Assembly: GCA_030141605.1 (NCBI GenBank)
Contig: JAQGDQ010001033.1
Span: 1 to 64,000 of the forward strand
DNA: 64,000 bases
Source: Tubiluchus corallicola
Lineage: Eukaryota; Animalia; Priapulida
Reading direction: 5' to 3'
Shown: positions 52,341 to 64,000 of the stretch, piece by piece
Layout of the letters: every line of letters starts with the position of its first letter
Numbering within the stretch: position 1 is the first letter of the stretch
The notes under the pieces: model-generated
What the model was told of the DNA's origin: nothing
Seen by the model: the letters and a program-made list of their open reading frames with translations, nothing else
The model's database searches: none
Program-made: the position numbers and the translations under genes

Positions 52341-53009
52341 GATACCACAGCACTTAACAGAAACTGAGCTACACTAATTGCAGCATCAGTCTTCTTTTTT
52401 TGTTATGTAATAATAAATTGAAGATTAAAATCAATATAATAAATAATTACTTAAATTTTAATTGTAACTAATATTACTATAATTATCATTAAGATGAGCA
52501 ATATTTCATATCTAGAGTTAGTGGTTTTTTAATGCCGCAAACTTTTTAAGCTTAAGAAGCCCGCTGTAAATAATCACAGGCAATAATAATGCATTTTGTT
52601 TAAAGCATCTTATTTAAATTTAGCTCACATTAGGTGTGTAGACAGGTGAGATATTTATCTCTTACTTTGTACTAACCACATTAAACCATATCTGTTAAAT
52701 GCAGATTTCACTCAAGATCTTGCACTTCACTTTAAAAAACTTTGGCTGTTAAGAATCCTCTCACTCGAAATTTCATTTTAGTGAGTAAACTTAAAAACAC
52801 TTTCGGCAGTTTTTGCAATTGTACAATGAAGGAATTAACATTTTTTTCTATTGAGTTAAGTACAGTTTTATCTAAAAATTTTATAGTACTAAACACTGAA
52901 GTACATCTTTAATTTCCTTTTTATTACTCAAAACATTTTTAGCCCGAAATCCACATATTTCCTGCATATCTGATACAATAAGCGCAGGTAATTGAACATA
53001 TGCGTTATT

Positions 53010-53698
53010 AAAGCACAAGAAAACCCTCATAAACATAAAGCTTGAAAAATTGGGCTTGAAATTTTTCACCACTTACTCACCGCTTTCTTGCATACAGGGC
53101 TTGGATCGGCAGTAACGCTGTATAAAACATGTAAATTAAAACTCCCGCGGTAACCATTAGACGCAGAATTTTTGTCGACAGGTCATTTGAAACAAGTTTA
53201 GATAACATTCTCTAAAAGTTGGAAAAATAATCAGCGCATTCGTAGCGCACAAGTCACTAACTAAATAAAATTTAAATTTACTGTATCTTGTTAACAAGAT
53301 TAAAACACGTTCATGGTTTGTGAGTGGTGCACCCTGGCGGGTGAGTCAGCGACATTTTATCAATTGGTGAAAACCTTTTATATAATTAATAATTTTCTTT
53401 TCTAGTTACATAAGTCTGTCAACCAGGCCAGCGAAATGATAAGTAAAATAACTTCACGTGAAAAGTTTTTTTTTGCGACATAGTTTAATATTGTCTTTCC
53501 TTTCCCTGATTTATGTTTGCGCAAGTGACGCAATGGCACGGTTGGCACAGTGTCGCGGGAGATTTAAAATGAAAACAAACAACAATTCCTTTCAATGCAA
53601 GTACGATATATGCATAAAATGCTATAAAGTAATATAATTTTTTACTGAAGGTAATTTATCTGAAACCTACTTCAGGTACCCACTTTCTTCTCCTTTAA
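53010..53698. mobile_element. Dispersed repeat family C copy 2 (probable TTAA-type element; left end not fixed)
   Basis: homology to 27690-28451; right end ttctcctttaa. Confidence 0.6.
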
Positions 53699-54029
53699 TG
53701 GATTGTTTCACTTGAATTATAATTTGTTTTGTACATATAGTACAGACTGAAGGTGACCTCCTTTTGGCACTCCTGGCAGAAGAGACAAAGAGGATCCTCT
53801 CAGCATTGCTAATATATTACTAATATTATAAATGATTAACATTTATTTATGTGGTCCTTAAATATATTATTAAGTGTCATTTACAGAAAACAGTCAATTT
53901 TAGGAAAGGATTAGTGCATGGCAATGTGTCGTAGCATGGTTTCCATTTTGAGTAGAATCTGTTGACCATGACGATTGATTTACTGCGCTTTTTCCCATGC
54001 ACATAAATGACACATACATAGTTCATTAT

Positions 54030-54079
<50 letters not shown>

Positions 54080-54087
54080 TATATATG

Positions 54088-54417
54088 TATCGGGTGGCGC
54101 AGAAAACTCTTTTTTAAAGTTTAGACTGCAGTAATATTAGAAGCAAGTGTCTTACACAGTTGAAATTTCACAGCATGATATTACAGTACATTAAAGGAAG
54201 ACAGGATTTTTCTTATACTATCCCATTTTCAAGACCGATAAAAAGTATACATTTTAGCACGATTAATACTGCAAAAGTGTTTCTGATAATTAATAATACA
54301 TTAAAAACTTACTTAATGGCGGGCGAGCCCAACTATTGATGACATCACAAACTAGCATGATTTTCTTCTGATAATTTCTCTATCAAAACATCTGCACATT
54401 TTTTGCGCCACCTAATA
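54088..54417. mobile_element. Tc1/mariner-like MITE next to a (TA)n tract, holding a truncated family-B fragment
   Basis: inverted ends tatcgggtggcgcagaaaa / tttttgcgccacctaata. Confidence 0.6.
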
Positions 54418-54848
54418 TATGTGTGCATGGATAGCAAAATCATCCATAAATCAGCAATTAAGTTTTTCTAGTTCTTCACATAACCTGAATCTACATTTCG
54501 TGAGGATCATTTTGATACTAAGCTCATCCATCTATTTTATTTCTAAGCTGAGATAATCTACGTTAAAGTTGAGGTGCACGCTGGATACTGAAAAACGAAA
54601 GATTGAGAAAATTGCTGTTAAACTTAGCTATTGTTTTCTGTCACATTTCTACAAAACACTTAACAAACTTACAAAAGGTTGGTTACTACGGACTTTGCAA
54701 GAACACATCGAAGTTATGTTTAAATTCAGTAGGTGGCTCTTCCTGACAAAGATCTGGGCTTGGCAACAGAAAAAACTGCAAGCAAAACTACTGCCTCAAC
54801 GAGCTATTATCAAAGTTTGAAAGTAGAATTTTTCTGTTCAGAAAATAC

Positions 54849-56046
54849 TAGTGTTTACACGGGTAGCAAAAATCAGACTCGGGTGCCCTAATCCAGTAGC
54901 AGTGAAGAAATTGTAATCATTTATATTCACAAATAAAAACAAGCCTGCAATAAGTACTTAAGAAGTCTACGAAATCAGTGAAATGCTTTGTGGGCAAAAT
55001 ACTAACTTTCGTGACTCACGTTAACAAACAAGCATTCATTTACTACGCCGTGAGAGCCTGAACACTCGAGCTGTAAGAGGCAAAAGTTAGTGTTTTACCC
55101 ACAAGGCATTTCACAGACTTTTTATCTGCCAGACTTCTTAATTACTTGTCGAATGCTTTATCAATGAGTGAGCTAAATCAGCCTAGGTCAGTGGTTCCCA
55201 AAGTAGGGGTAAATTACCCGCCGGGGGTAATATGGTTTTTTGGGGGGGAGGGGGTAACGGGCACCCCTCTGAAAATTTTTAAAACTTCGCTCGGAATGCA
55301 TTTTACGTAGTTTTCTTCTTGAAAAGACTGCCTCCGGCAGGTTCAGTAATTGCAATTCTTGTTTTGGCAACAATACAACAACAACACCTGGAAATTTATT
55401 TATGTCACGAGCAAACATAAATAATTTTGCTTGCTTGTGGCATATACGTGTGTTTACTTTTTGAGTTGGAGAAGTAGTACTAGGTGGGGGGTAATGGACA
55501 CGACCGGGTTTCCCGATTTGGGTAACGGTCCGAGAAAGTTTGGGAGCCACTGGCCTAGGTGTACCGCACTGTACACTATTCATACAGCATAGAGATCACT
55601 GGAATAAAATAATCTATATTATCCTCTTGGTGTGCTGTTAACCTTAACAGTCTGTTTATTCTATCTTTGTTAGTGATCTTAAATAAGTTTTTAAAGATTA
55701 ATAAACAATTCCATTTGGATAATTAACCTCCCGGTAAAGAAATCATTGTTTGTTTTTTTGCAAGTCGCCCCTACGGCAAAAATGGTTTGATCTGCTGTCT
55801 CCCTCCTGGCTGTTATCCTAGCAAGCAGTTAATAGTCTGCTAGTAGATAGGCCCATCTATTATCGAAGTGCACAGTAGACGGTGGCCATTTAAAGTTTAA
55901 ATTTTCCAACACATCACAAAATTGTTATTATTATATTGCATATCGTATTACAAAATTTAATGTGAGCATTTTCATTGTTGGAACCAGGTAGAAATACTAC
56001 TAATAAACAATGCGGGTAACTACTCGGGTACCCGATGGAAGCACTA
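54849..56046. mobile_element. hAT-type non-autonomous element hosting nested insertions
   Basis: ends tagtgtttacacgggtag / cccgatggaagcacta; 8-bp TSD gaaaatac. Confidence 0.75.
55189..55552. mobile_element. hAT (Charlie-like) MITE nested in 54849-56046
   Basis: TIR cagtggttcccaaa / tttgggagccactg; perfect 8-bp TSD gcctaggt. Confidence 0.9.
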
Positions 56047-58601
56047 GAAAATACTAGTTAGTTTTTAGCCAGAGAAACGGTTACAGGGTTATAAAATTAA
56101 ATTTTTAGTATTTTTTTGGACATTTTCTTGATGTTTCAATGCTAGAATACGAAAGTCCAATATATTTAGCATTTGCTTTTATAAAAAACAAAAAATTGAC
56201 ATTTGACCAAAATTTTGGTGCATTCTACTTTGAAGCATCACATAACGTAGTTTTAACTAGGCCAACATATGAATGGTTTTGGTTTGTAAGCACACACACA
56301 CATATATATACATGTAATTATATAAATTGATATAATTACAATATTCACTGTTGTCATTATATAACAGGAATTAGGCAAAGCAAATAATTCGTTTTTAAAT
56401 CACTGAATTGTAGAATGCACATACAGATAAAGTATGGGTAAATGCATAGATGAACGAAACTTGTTCAAACACGACAACACTTTGCAAGTAAAGCTTACCT
56501 AACTTTTTTATTAATTTTAATTTCAATTCAATTTCTTTTATTTGTCTCTTTTCTTATTATTCTCTTTTGTTAGTAATATTAACATATATCAAAGTTTCAT
56601 GTACAATAATAATTACTGCGGTATTTGGGCAGTTCATATACCCACTTGTTTTCGATATATTTTGCGCATGCGCGTTAGTACAAGTGCCCAATGGCAATGT
56701 AGGTATTTTCAATTTTACTTACACATCCTTTCAATGTTATCTGTAACTGTATGGCAAAACAATAAGACAGTGTTTCCACAATAACAAAGAGTGATATGTG
56801 AGACATGACAGCAAGAAATTAATCGACTGCATCATCTTTTCTTGAAATTGTGATAACTAAACTCGCAATCGTGAAACCAAACCACTGCCATAAGCGGGCA
56901 GATGACGTAATTAAAACGGAAATGAGTTCCCGATTCAGCTTTCAAATTTGCAGGCCAAGGTTCACCGCGCACCCTTGACACGACTAACACGATACCGTTG
57001 ACAGGATAATTACGCCAAAACTGAACAAATTCTTTCTTTTCTGAAGGCAAATTTATGGCTATCACTAATAATTAGCGTTTATCCACACAATAATCCTTAA
57101 GAATTATAGGAAAATTTAGCCTAGCCAAACAACTGGAAGTGTGACCGTGAAAGGATGGCATGAACAAAAAGGCTTTTGTATGTTGCTAAATGTTGAAAAA
57201 GATCAATCTAAACCATGGTTTAAATAGCAATAATGAGCAATACCTCAAGGCAAGAAGCAGTAAACTCATTAAGATAAGAATAGATAAGGACGTTTCTCTT
57301 ATACACCTGTTTACTGTTTCGGCATGCTAAATCACCGTTATATTCTCTTGCATTAATAATAATAGTATTGGTTTGGTTCATTTATGTTGTTGTATCATGT
57401 TGACTCCCCAAAAGCAATTAAATAAAATAATAAAAAGTGTTTCTGCCCGTTTAGCTTTAGTTGCTGCGTACTCACACGGGTCATCAAAAACGTACGCACG
57501 GTGCCATCTGTCGTTAAAAACGGTTTAGAAATGAAACTGAACAGGTACTGCTTACGTGGTAATAATCTTCATAATATTGTAATAAGGATTTCTCATCTGA
57601 ATTCAGTTTAACAGTTTATGTCTGCTGATTTAAATGTTTCTTTGATGTTCACATTCTGACAGCCCAAATGGACAAGAAAGAGAGGACAGGTTCTGTATGA
57701 ATGTGTGAGAGAGTGAATGCGAGGAAAAACAAGGAGAGGGAGTAACACAACGAATCTCGAGAAATGAACACTTGCTCTCTAGTTCATTAGCAAAATTTTG
57801 AGTAGGCACAAATAGACAAGAACAGCATGTTTGTTCACAAGCGATTCAATATTTTTTTGAATAAATATACACAGTCGCAAACAAAAACAGGATGTCTATT
57901 GTCTAACAAATACATCACAAAGTAGGTAAACACAGCTAATAACCAAGTTAGTGGAAGTATGCAAGTCTACTACAATTGAGTAAATAACATAACTGATTTT
58001 TCAATAACTTTAATAAGTGACAGACGTAGAAAACTTTGTAAATAGAAACACAAAAAATATCAAGTACAATAATGTTCCTTAGATCTTCAACAACAACAGG
58101 CAAATATTAAGGATAGTGATCATCTTAATAAAAGATTTATTTCATTAAAGATAAGAAAGCTACCTAAGTCCCTGTATAAGCAATTATTGTATGTACATTA
58201 GATTATCTGCACTTTCTCTTAATTTCTCTCAATCTACAATTTCATCTTCTATCGTAACATAATTTAAGATTTGCAATTTCTAATCGATCTCTTAACAGAG
58301 AAATTAAACATTTAGCCTAATTAAATGACTAGTGCAATTAACAAAAAAGGTACAGCACTACCATTTCGTAATACAGTTTGAAAACGTAAAAAGTTATGAC
58401 AATTATGAAATGACTTTATGTTTTATTATTAAATTACGTGGCGCAAAGTATAAAGTTATTCATGCACTTTATTGCAAAATCAACCGAAGGTATTAAAGGT
58501 AAAAAATGATTGTTTTTTCGACTCATTGGTTTATGCCTGCAAAAGCTATTCTCGTGTGCATAATATTTACATAGCTTAGACGACATAAAAAGCAAAAACA
58601 A

Positions 58602-59569
58602 CTATGAATGGGTTTCGCGCGACTCACTACATTTTATATCAGCTACACTACGAACGGATTTTCGTAAGAACACTTCTAATCGTTTTCTGGCTTGTTTTTC
58701 GTCTTCCATATGCTTACTCATCCAAGTGATTTGATTTTCCAAAACAGTAACTTTGTCTTTCAGTGCATATACTGTATCCACTAGGCTTCTCTCCTCCACG
58801 ATCGTCTGATTCCCCTTCGTTTCCTCGATGATGATTTTCTCATCTTCGGCAATGAGAACTTGAGGGCTGTCTAGGAGGGCGGAGTTGACCGTGTAGCGAG
58901 TTTTGGCACTAGTACAGTAGCCCTCGATCACCCGAAGAACCATTTGGTCATCGGTTGCCATAATGTCTACTTTCTTATTCGGAAGTGCAGACGTGACGGC
59001 TTTGCGATGCGATCGCGGACTGATAATCGCAAGCGGTTCTTTCTCCTTGGCTACGGGAAGACACGGTCGAATCGGAGGAGCCGGCCGAAGGCGCGATATG
59101 CTCCACGGTTTACTCGGAGGAAAGGGCAGAGGTCCACCATGATGAGGTATGGGCAAGGGCGCGGGTTCGAGACGACCCTGCTTGTGTTCGGTCACTGCCA
59201 CCAGAGCAGGAGACGGTCCCGCCGATAACTGCGGCACTGCATACTTTCCGACAGCAACCTGGCTAAGCTTGATGTGTTGGTCAAGTAGTTCCAGCCACTG
59301 TTGCTGTTCAGACAATGACCCGCAGATCACGGTCATTTGCTCGATAAGCCGACCGGAAAGTTCAAAAGAGTTTTTCGCCTGTTCGCTGTCCTCAAGTTTC
59401 TTCACGTTGAGATGCGCCAGCTGAATTTGACCTTCGTAAATGTAGCAACTAAGTCGATGGCTAACGGATAAGACAACGAGCGTGTACGGAAAAAGAACAA
59501 AATAACGATCTTTCTTCTCGCTGCCAGGACTGCCGACAATGCTTACTGACGTCATTAGCTTAATTTCAC
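58602..59569 (-). CDS. ARHGEF7: beta-PIX RhoGEF last coding exon (PH domain, Pro-rich region, GIT-binding region, coiled coil)
   Basis: DDQMVLRVIEGYCTSAKTR and PQVLIAEDEKIIIEE...ERSLVDTVYALKD are PIX signatures; tttttcag acceptor at 59570-59572; TAG stop. Confidence 0.95.
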
Positions 59570-59959
59570 CTGAAAAATCACACCAAGATATATGAAAATC
59601 ACAAATACTTGCGCAGAACAATTTACTACAGAGGCGTAGTAGGGGGGGGGCGCGACAGGGGGCAATCAGTCCCCTCTGCAGGAGTGAGAGGGCACAAAAA
59701 TTCTTCTAGAGTTTAATGACCGCTAATTATGTAGTGTTCCGTATACTTCATACTTCACAAGTTTTGCTTCATAAAATTTGTAAGGATTTGAAGAAAATAG
59801 GAAGACCATGGCACCTCTATATAGAGAGCATATTCGATAATACAAATGACTGACATACTTTTTGCAGTTCCGTAAGATTGAAAATCATTTTGAATTCCGA
59901 GAATATGCATTTTGTCACATCACAATATTTATTGTTTGTTTAAAAAATCTTTTAGCACG

Positions 59960-61315
59960 TCAAGCGCAATTCGATTACTAACACAAAAACAGATTACCTA
60001 GAGTTGAGAAGGGTTCCCCACACGCCAAGCGCAACTCAATTACTAACACATAAACAGATTACCTAGAGTTGAGAAGGGTTCTTCACACGCCAAGCTCAAC
60101 TCAATTAGTAACACATAAACAGATTACCTAGAGTTGAGAAGGGTTCTTCACACGCCAAGCTCAACTCAATTACTAACACATAAACAGATTACCTAGAGTT
60201 GAGAAGGGTTCTTCACACGCCAAGCTCAACTCAATTACTAACACATAAACAGATTACCTAGAGTTGAGAAGGGCTCCCCACACGCCAAGCGCAACTCAAT
60301 TACTAACACATAAACAGATTACCTAGAGTTGAGAAGGGTTCTTCACACGCCAAGCTCAACTCAATTACTAACACATAAACAGATTACCTAGAGTTGAGAA
60401 GGGTTCTACGCATGCCAAGCTCAACTCAATTACTAACACATAAACAGATTACCTAGAGTTGAGAAGGGTTCCCCACACGCCAAGCTCAACTCAGTTACTA
60501 ACACATAAACAGATTACCTAGAGTTGAGAAGGGTTCTACGCACACCAAGCTCAACTCAATTACTAACACATAAACAGATTACCTAGAGTTGAGAAGGGTT
60601 CCCCACACGCCAAGCTCAACTCAATTACTAACACATAAACAGATTACCTAGAGTTGAGAAGGGTTCCCCACATGCCAAGCTCAACTCAATTACTAACACA
60701 TAAACAGATTACCTAGAGTTGAGAAGGGTTCTACGCACGCCAAGCTCAACTCAATTACTAACACATAAACAGATTACCTAGAGTTGAGAAGGGTTCCCCG
60801 CATGCCAAGCGCAACTCAATTACTAACACATAAACAGATTACCTAGAGTTGAGAAGGGTTCCCCACACGCCAAGCTCAACTCAATTACTAACACATAAAC
60901 AGATTACCTAGAGTTGAAAAGGGTTCCCCACACGCCAAGCGCAACTCAATTACTAACACATAAACAGATTACCTAGAGTTGAGAAGGGTTCTACACACGC
61001 CAAGCTCAACTCAATTAGTAACACATAAACAGATTACCTAGAGTTGAGAAGGGTTCCCAACACGCCAAGCGCAACTCAATTAGTAACACATAAACAGATT
61101 ACCTAGAGTTGAGAAGGGTTCCCCACACGCCAAGCGCAACTCAATTAGTAACACATAAACAGATTACCTAGAGTTGAGAAGGGTTCTAGACACGCCAAGC
61201 TCAACTCAATTAGTAACACATAAACAGATTACCTAGAGTTGAGAAGGGTTCCCCGCACACCAAGCGCAACTCAATTACTAATACTAAACAGATTACCTAG
61301 AGTTGAGAAGGGTTC
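59960..61315. repeat. 65-bp minisatellite, about 21 copies, containing the ARHGEF7 exon end and its splice donor
   Basis: unit (minus strand) includes AACCCTTCTCAACTCTAG|GTAATCTGTTT, identical to the real exon/intron junction at 61297. Confidence 0.96.
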
Positions 61316-61403
61316 TCCTTCCCAACCCTTAATGTTGCCAGTCAGAACTTCAATTTCCATCTCCTTCTGCTTTCGTATTCGTTCACACCGAGTGATAATT
61401 TCC
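61297..61403 (-). CDS. ARHGEF7: beta-PIX middle exon (DH-PH linker)
   Basis: EIITRCERIRKQKEMEIEVLTGNIKGWEGEPFSTL(G); tgcag acceptor, GTAATC donor; phase 2/1 fits both neighbours. Confidence 0.93.
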
Positions 61404-61515
61404 CTGCAAGTAATTGTACCAAAGGGAACGGTTAGTCGAAATACATTGAAATTACATATTAAATACATATAGAGTAAGACTCTACCGGTGCATTTATCGT
61501 AAATTTATTTGCAAG

Positions 61516-61965
61516 CACACATATCTCGGTTGCCGGACCTCACTTTTACGGATATCGGAAGAATTGGACAAAATCTGGAGCGATAAAAAGTCCAGCATCC
61601 TGCAGACACAGTCCATTGTTTCTGACTGACCGCTGTCCGGTAGTTCGGCGGGCCGTTACTTTGTTTACATCATTACATTAGTGTAACCAAGCAGTGTGTA
61701 ACGACAAGTGTGTAGCTTGTATGTCAGCATATTTGAAGTGGTTTTATTAGCATCTGTAACCATACAGACATACAGTTTTTATATACTTCTGCACAGGAGT
61801 GGCCCATACTAGACGTTTTCGAGACAATTAGGCGATTGATTCTACATTACTGTGAGTATAATACACAGCACCTACTGTATCAGCTTAGTATTGGTAAAAT
61901 ACGGACGACCAGCAAATTCGGACCGACGTCTCCCCGCTTTTGTCCGGCAAACTGAGGTATGAGTG
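61516..61965. mobile_element. pogo/Tigger-like MITE (family D) in an ARHGEF7 intron
   Basis: TIR atatctcggttgccggac / gtccggcaaactgaggtat; colinear with 2241-2769. Confidence 0.7.
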
Positions 61966-62242
61966 TATACAAAACACCAAATTTTTTTAGGTCCTACCCA
62001 AAATAAATTCACAAGACTGTTCATTTGTTTTTTGAAACAGAATCATTTTTAAAAATGTAAAAAATAGCATATAACTAGCGTACACAAAAACTAAGCAAAA
62101 ACCAAATTGACAAACTCATTAGAATTTTGTAATAATTAAATACAATTTAAATTTATTATTACTTTGAAATCTTGTACTATACATAACTGTCTAGCATTAT
62201 ATACACTAAAGAGTCAGCTTCTACGAATCAACATGTTTATTG

Positions 62243-62281
62243 AGCTACGATCGTTTCGGCTATTGAAGCCATTATCAAACT
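62243..62281 (-). ncRNA. Minimal type I hammerhead ribozyme-like motif (U3-A8 variant)
   Basis: AGU UUGAUAA U GGCU-UCAAU-AGCC GAAA CGAUCG UA GCU. Confidence 0.6.
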
Positions 62282-62714
62282 ATAAATGAAGCCAAAAAAG
62301 AGGAATAAATAACACATTAATGATACAAAGGCACAAACTGAAACTACAAAACAACAGATTAGAATTTAACTTACCAAAATAAACCAGGTTGTAATGGAAG
62401 ACATTGCAAAGAAATATACAAAATTTTACCCAACACATGAAAACCAAAAAAGAACACAACAGGCTAACAACCAAACCAAGTCCACACGATGAAGAACCAC
62501 AGCAGCAAGAACTACAAGAACACTTGTTGTGCGCCTGTTGTGTTCTTTTTTGATTTTCATGTGTTGGGTGAAACTTTGTATATTTCTTTGCAATGTCTTC
62601 CGTTACAACGTTGTTTATTTTGATAAGTTAAATTCGAATCTGTTGTTTTGTAGTTTCAGTTTGTGTTTTTGTATCATTAATGTATTATTTATTCATCTAT
62701 TTGGCTTCATTTAT

Positions 62715-62753
62715 AGTTTGATAATGGCTTCAATAGCTGAAACAATAGTCGCT
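62715..62753 (+). ncRNA. Second hammerhead-like motif (other arm)
   Basis: AGU UUGAUAA U GGCU-UCAAU-AGCU GAAAC AAUA GUC GCU. Confidence 0.55.
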
Positions 62754-62798
62754 CAATAAACATGTTGTCTAGCATTAGTCAGTAACTTGATGCCACAC

Positions 62799-63568
62799 CT
62801 GTAAACTAGGACAGATCTTTGAGTGTCACCTCTGTCTGCGTGTCCTTCGTCCGTCTGCCTTTCTAGCTCTTTCAACATTACAGGATATTTTGAAAGTCGA
62901 CGAAATGGTAGACTAAGTGACGTTGTAAGCAGCATGATTCCGGGGGCGGGAGCACCGTGGGATTCCATAAAACTACCCAAACGTTCTTTGTATTTTGTCA
63001 ACACCAAAACAGCCCAGGGATGATTAGAACAGTAATCACCATACAGATCCTTCAGTTTAGGTGCAACGGCTATGAAAATGCCACCGATCCTTTGCTGATG
63101 GTACGGCAAAGTAGATGCATCTATTAACGAAGCTAGAACAGTTTTTTGAAAGTCTATCACATCATTTAAGTTCGCACACAACTGTTGAAACTCCTGCGGA
63201 GTCAGCACTTCGGAGACTCGTAATGGTCGCAAGTAACTCTGTATCACGGTATCGAGTTCCGATATGTACTGAGTTTCAGTCTCGATTATATCACGCACGA
63301 CCACAGCATGGTAAGCTCTGATACTCTTTCGCTTAGAATGTTCTATCTCCGCTATATGAGGAGGGCTCCTGGCTCTATCAGGTGCAATCTCCCTCACATA
63401 GTTACTAGGAAACCAACCTGTTCTGTCGTTAAGCGTCCCCTCCCACCAGCCACCATCCAATGTTTGTGTAACAGTGATTATGTCACCTTTTTTAAAGTTA
63501 AGTTCGTCGGTGTTTTGACCCTTAAATGTATAAATCGCACAAACTTTCATTTTATCACTGCCTTCCAT
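62799..63568 (-). CDS. ARHGEF7: beta-PIX first coding exon (SH3 + DH domain); 5' UTR part extends to an acceptor at about 63704
   Basis: SH3 (DELNFKKGDII...GGWWEG...GWFPSNYV) followed by DH (ETETQYISEL...YCSNHP...PFRRLSKY); AG|GTGTGG donor. Confidence 0.95.
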
Positions 63569-64000
63569 TGCATTACAATTGAGTTCACTTCTAAAGACAC
63601 AACAGCAGACGGAGTTTTGTCACGAATATATCTAACATTTCACTCCTACTGTATAACATTCACTTAAGAAAAGCATGAGCAGCAGTAGGAGAAATCTTTA
63701 TGCCTGCAAATAAAATGAACTAATAATGATGAACTACAAACACTTTTACCAAGATATTAATCCATTATCAGGGTTGTACACAGGGATGTTACCAAAACGA
63801 ATCTTCGCTTATGTTTGCCGATTATTGCACTTTTGGTTTCGGCAAAATTTATTAAGTTTTGTAGCTGAAATTTTCGGATAATTTTAGCACTTTTCAAAGA
63901 TTTTACTATTATTTATCCAATTTACCTTTTCTTTTCTCCTAGATGTCAAAAACAGCTGAAGAATATTAGCTAAAAGAGTTCAAGTAAAGCAAAAATTTCA

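Larger units (their letters stand above)
62200..62765. mobile_element. Penelope-like inverted terminal-repeat insertion
   Basis: about 236-bp inverted arms (62229-62464 / 62533-62767), about 29-nt one-sided extension, 12-bp TSD tgtctagcatta, hammerhead-like motif plus AATAAA in each arm. Confidence 0.75.

Noticed and set aside
4168-61315. CRISPR-like appearance of the regular, sometimes hairpin-bearing arrays
   Set aside because: Units are contiguous with no unique spacers, there are no cas genes, and the context is eukaryotic and intronic
62280-62759. Two similar hydrophobic ORFs on opposite strands
   Set aside because: They are the two arms of the inverted repeat, not genes

Overview
AT-rich, repeat-dense eukaryotic (probably invertebrate animal) genomic DNA with one assembly gap (15511-16140). 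Two minus-strand genes can be spliced by hand. (1) The 5' part of a P5B-type ATPase (ATP13A2/3-like polyamine transporter family): 10 phase-consistent GT-AG exons from 37910 down to 536, running off the left edge, plus candidate alternative first exons. (2) A complete 3-exon CDS for beta-PIX/ARHGEF7 (63568-58602, about 614 aa). About one third of the window is made of roughly 18 mostly unrelated minisatellite arrays (units 21-145 bp). Several are visibly tandem amplifications of local sequence: an exon/splice-donor junction, transposon termini and a LINE fragment. Non-autonomous mobile elements are abundant: hAT MITEs with 8-bp TSDs, TTAA-flanked elements, pogo/Tc1-like MITEs, RTE-derived and tRNA-derived SINEs, and a Penelope-like inverted terminal-repeat insertion carrying minimal hammerhead motifs. 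All calls come from reading by eye; family assignments of repeats are from memory of consensus features, and array edges and copy numbers are approximate.
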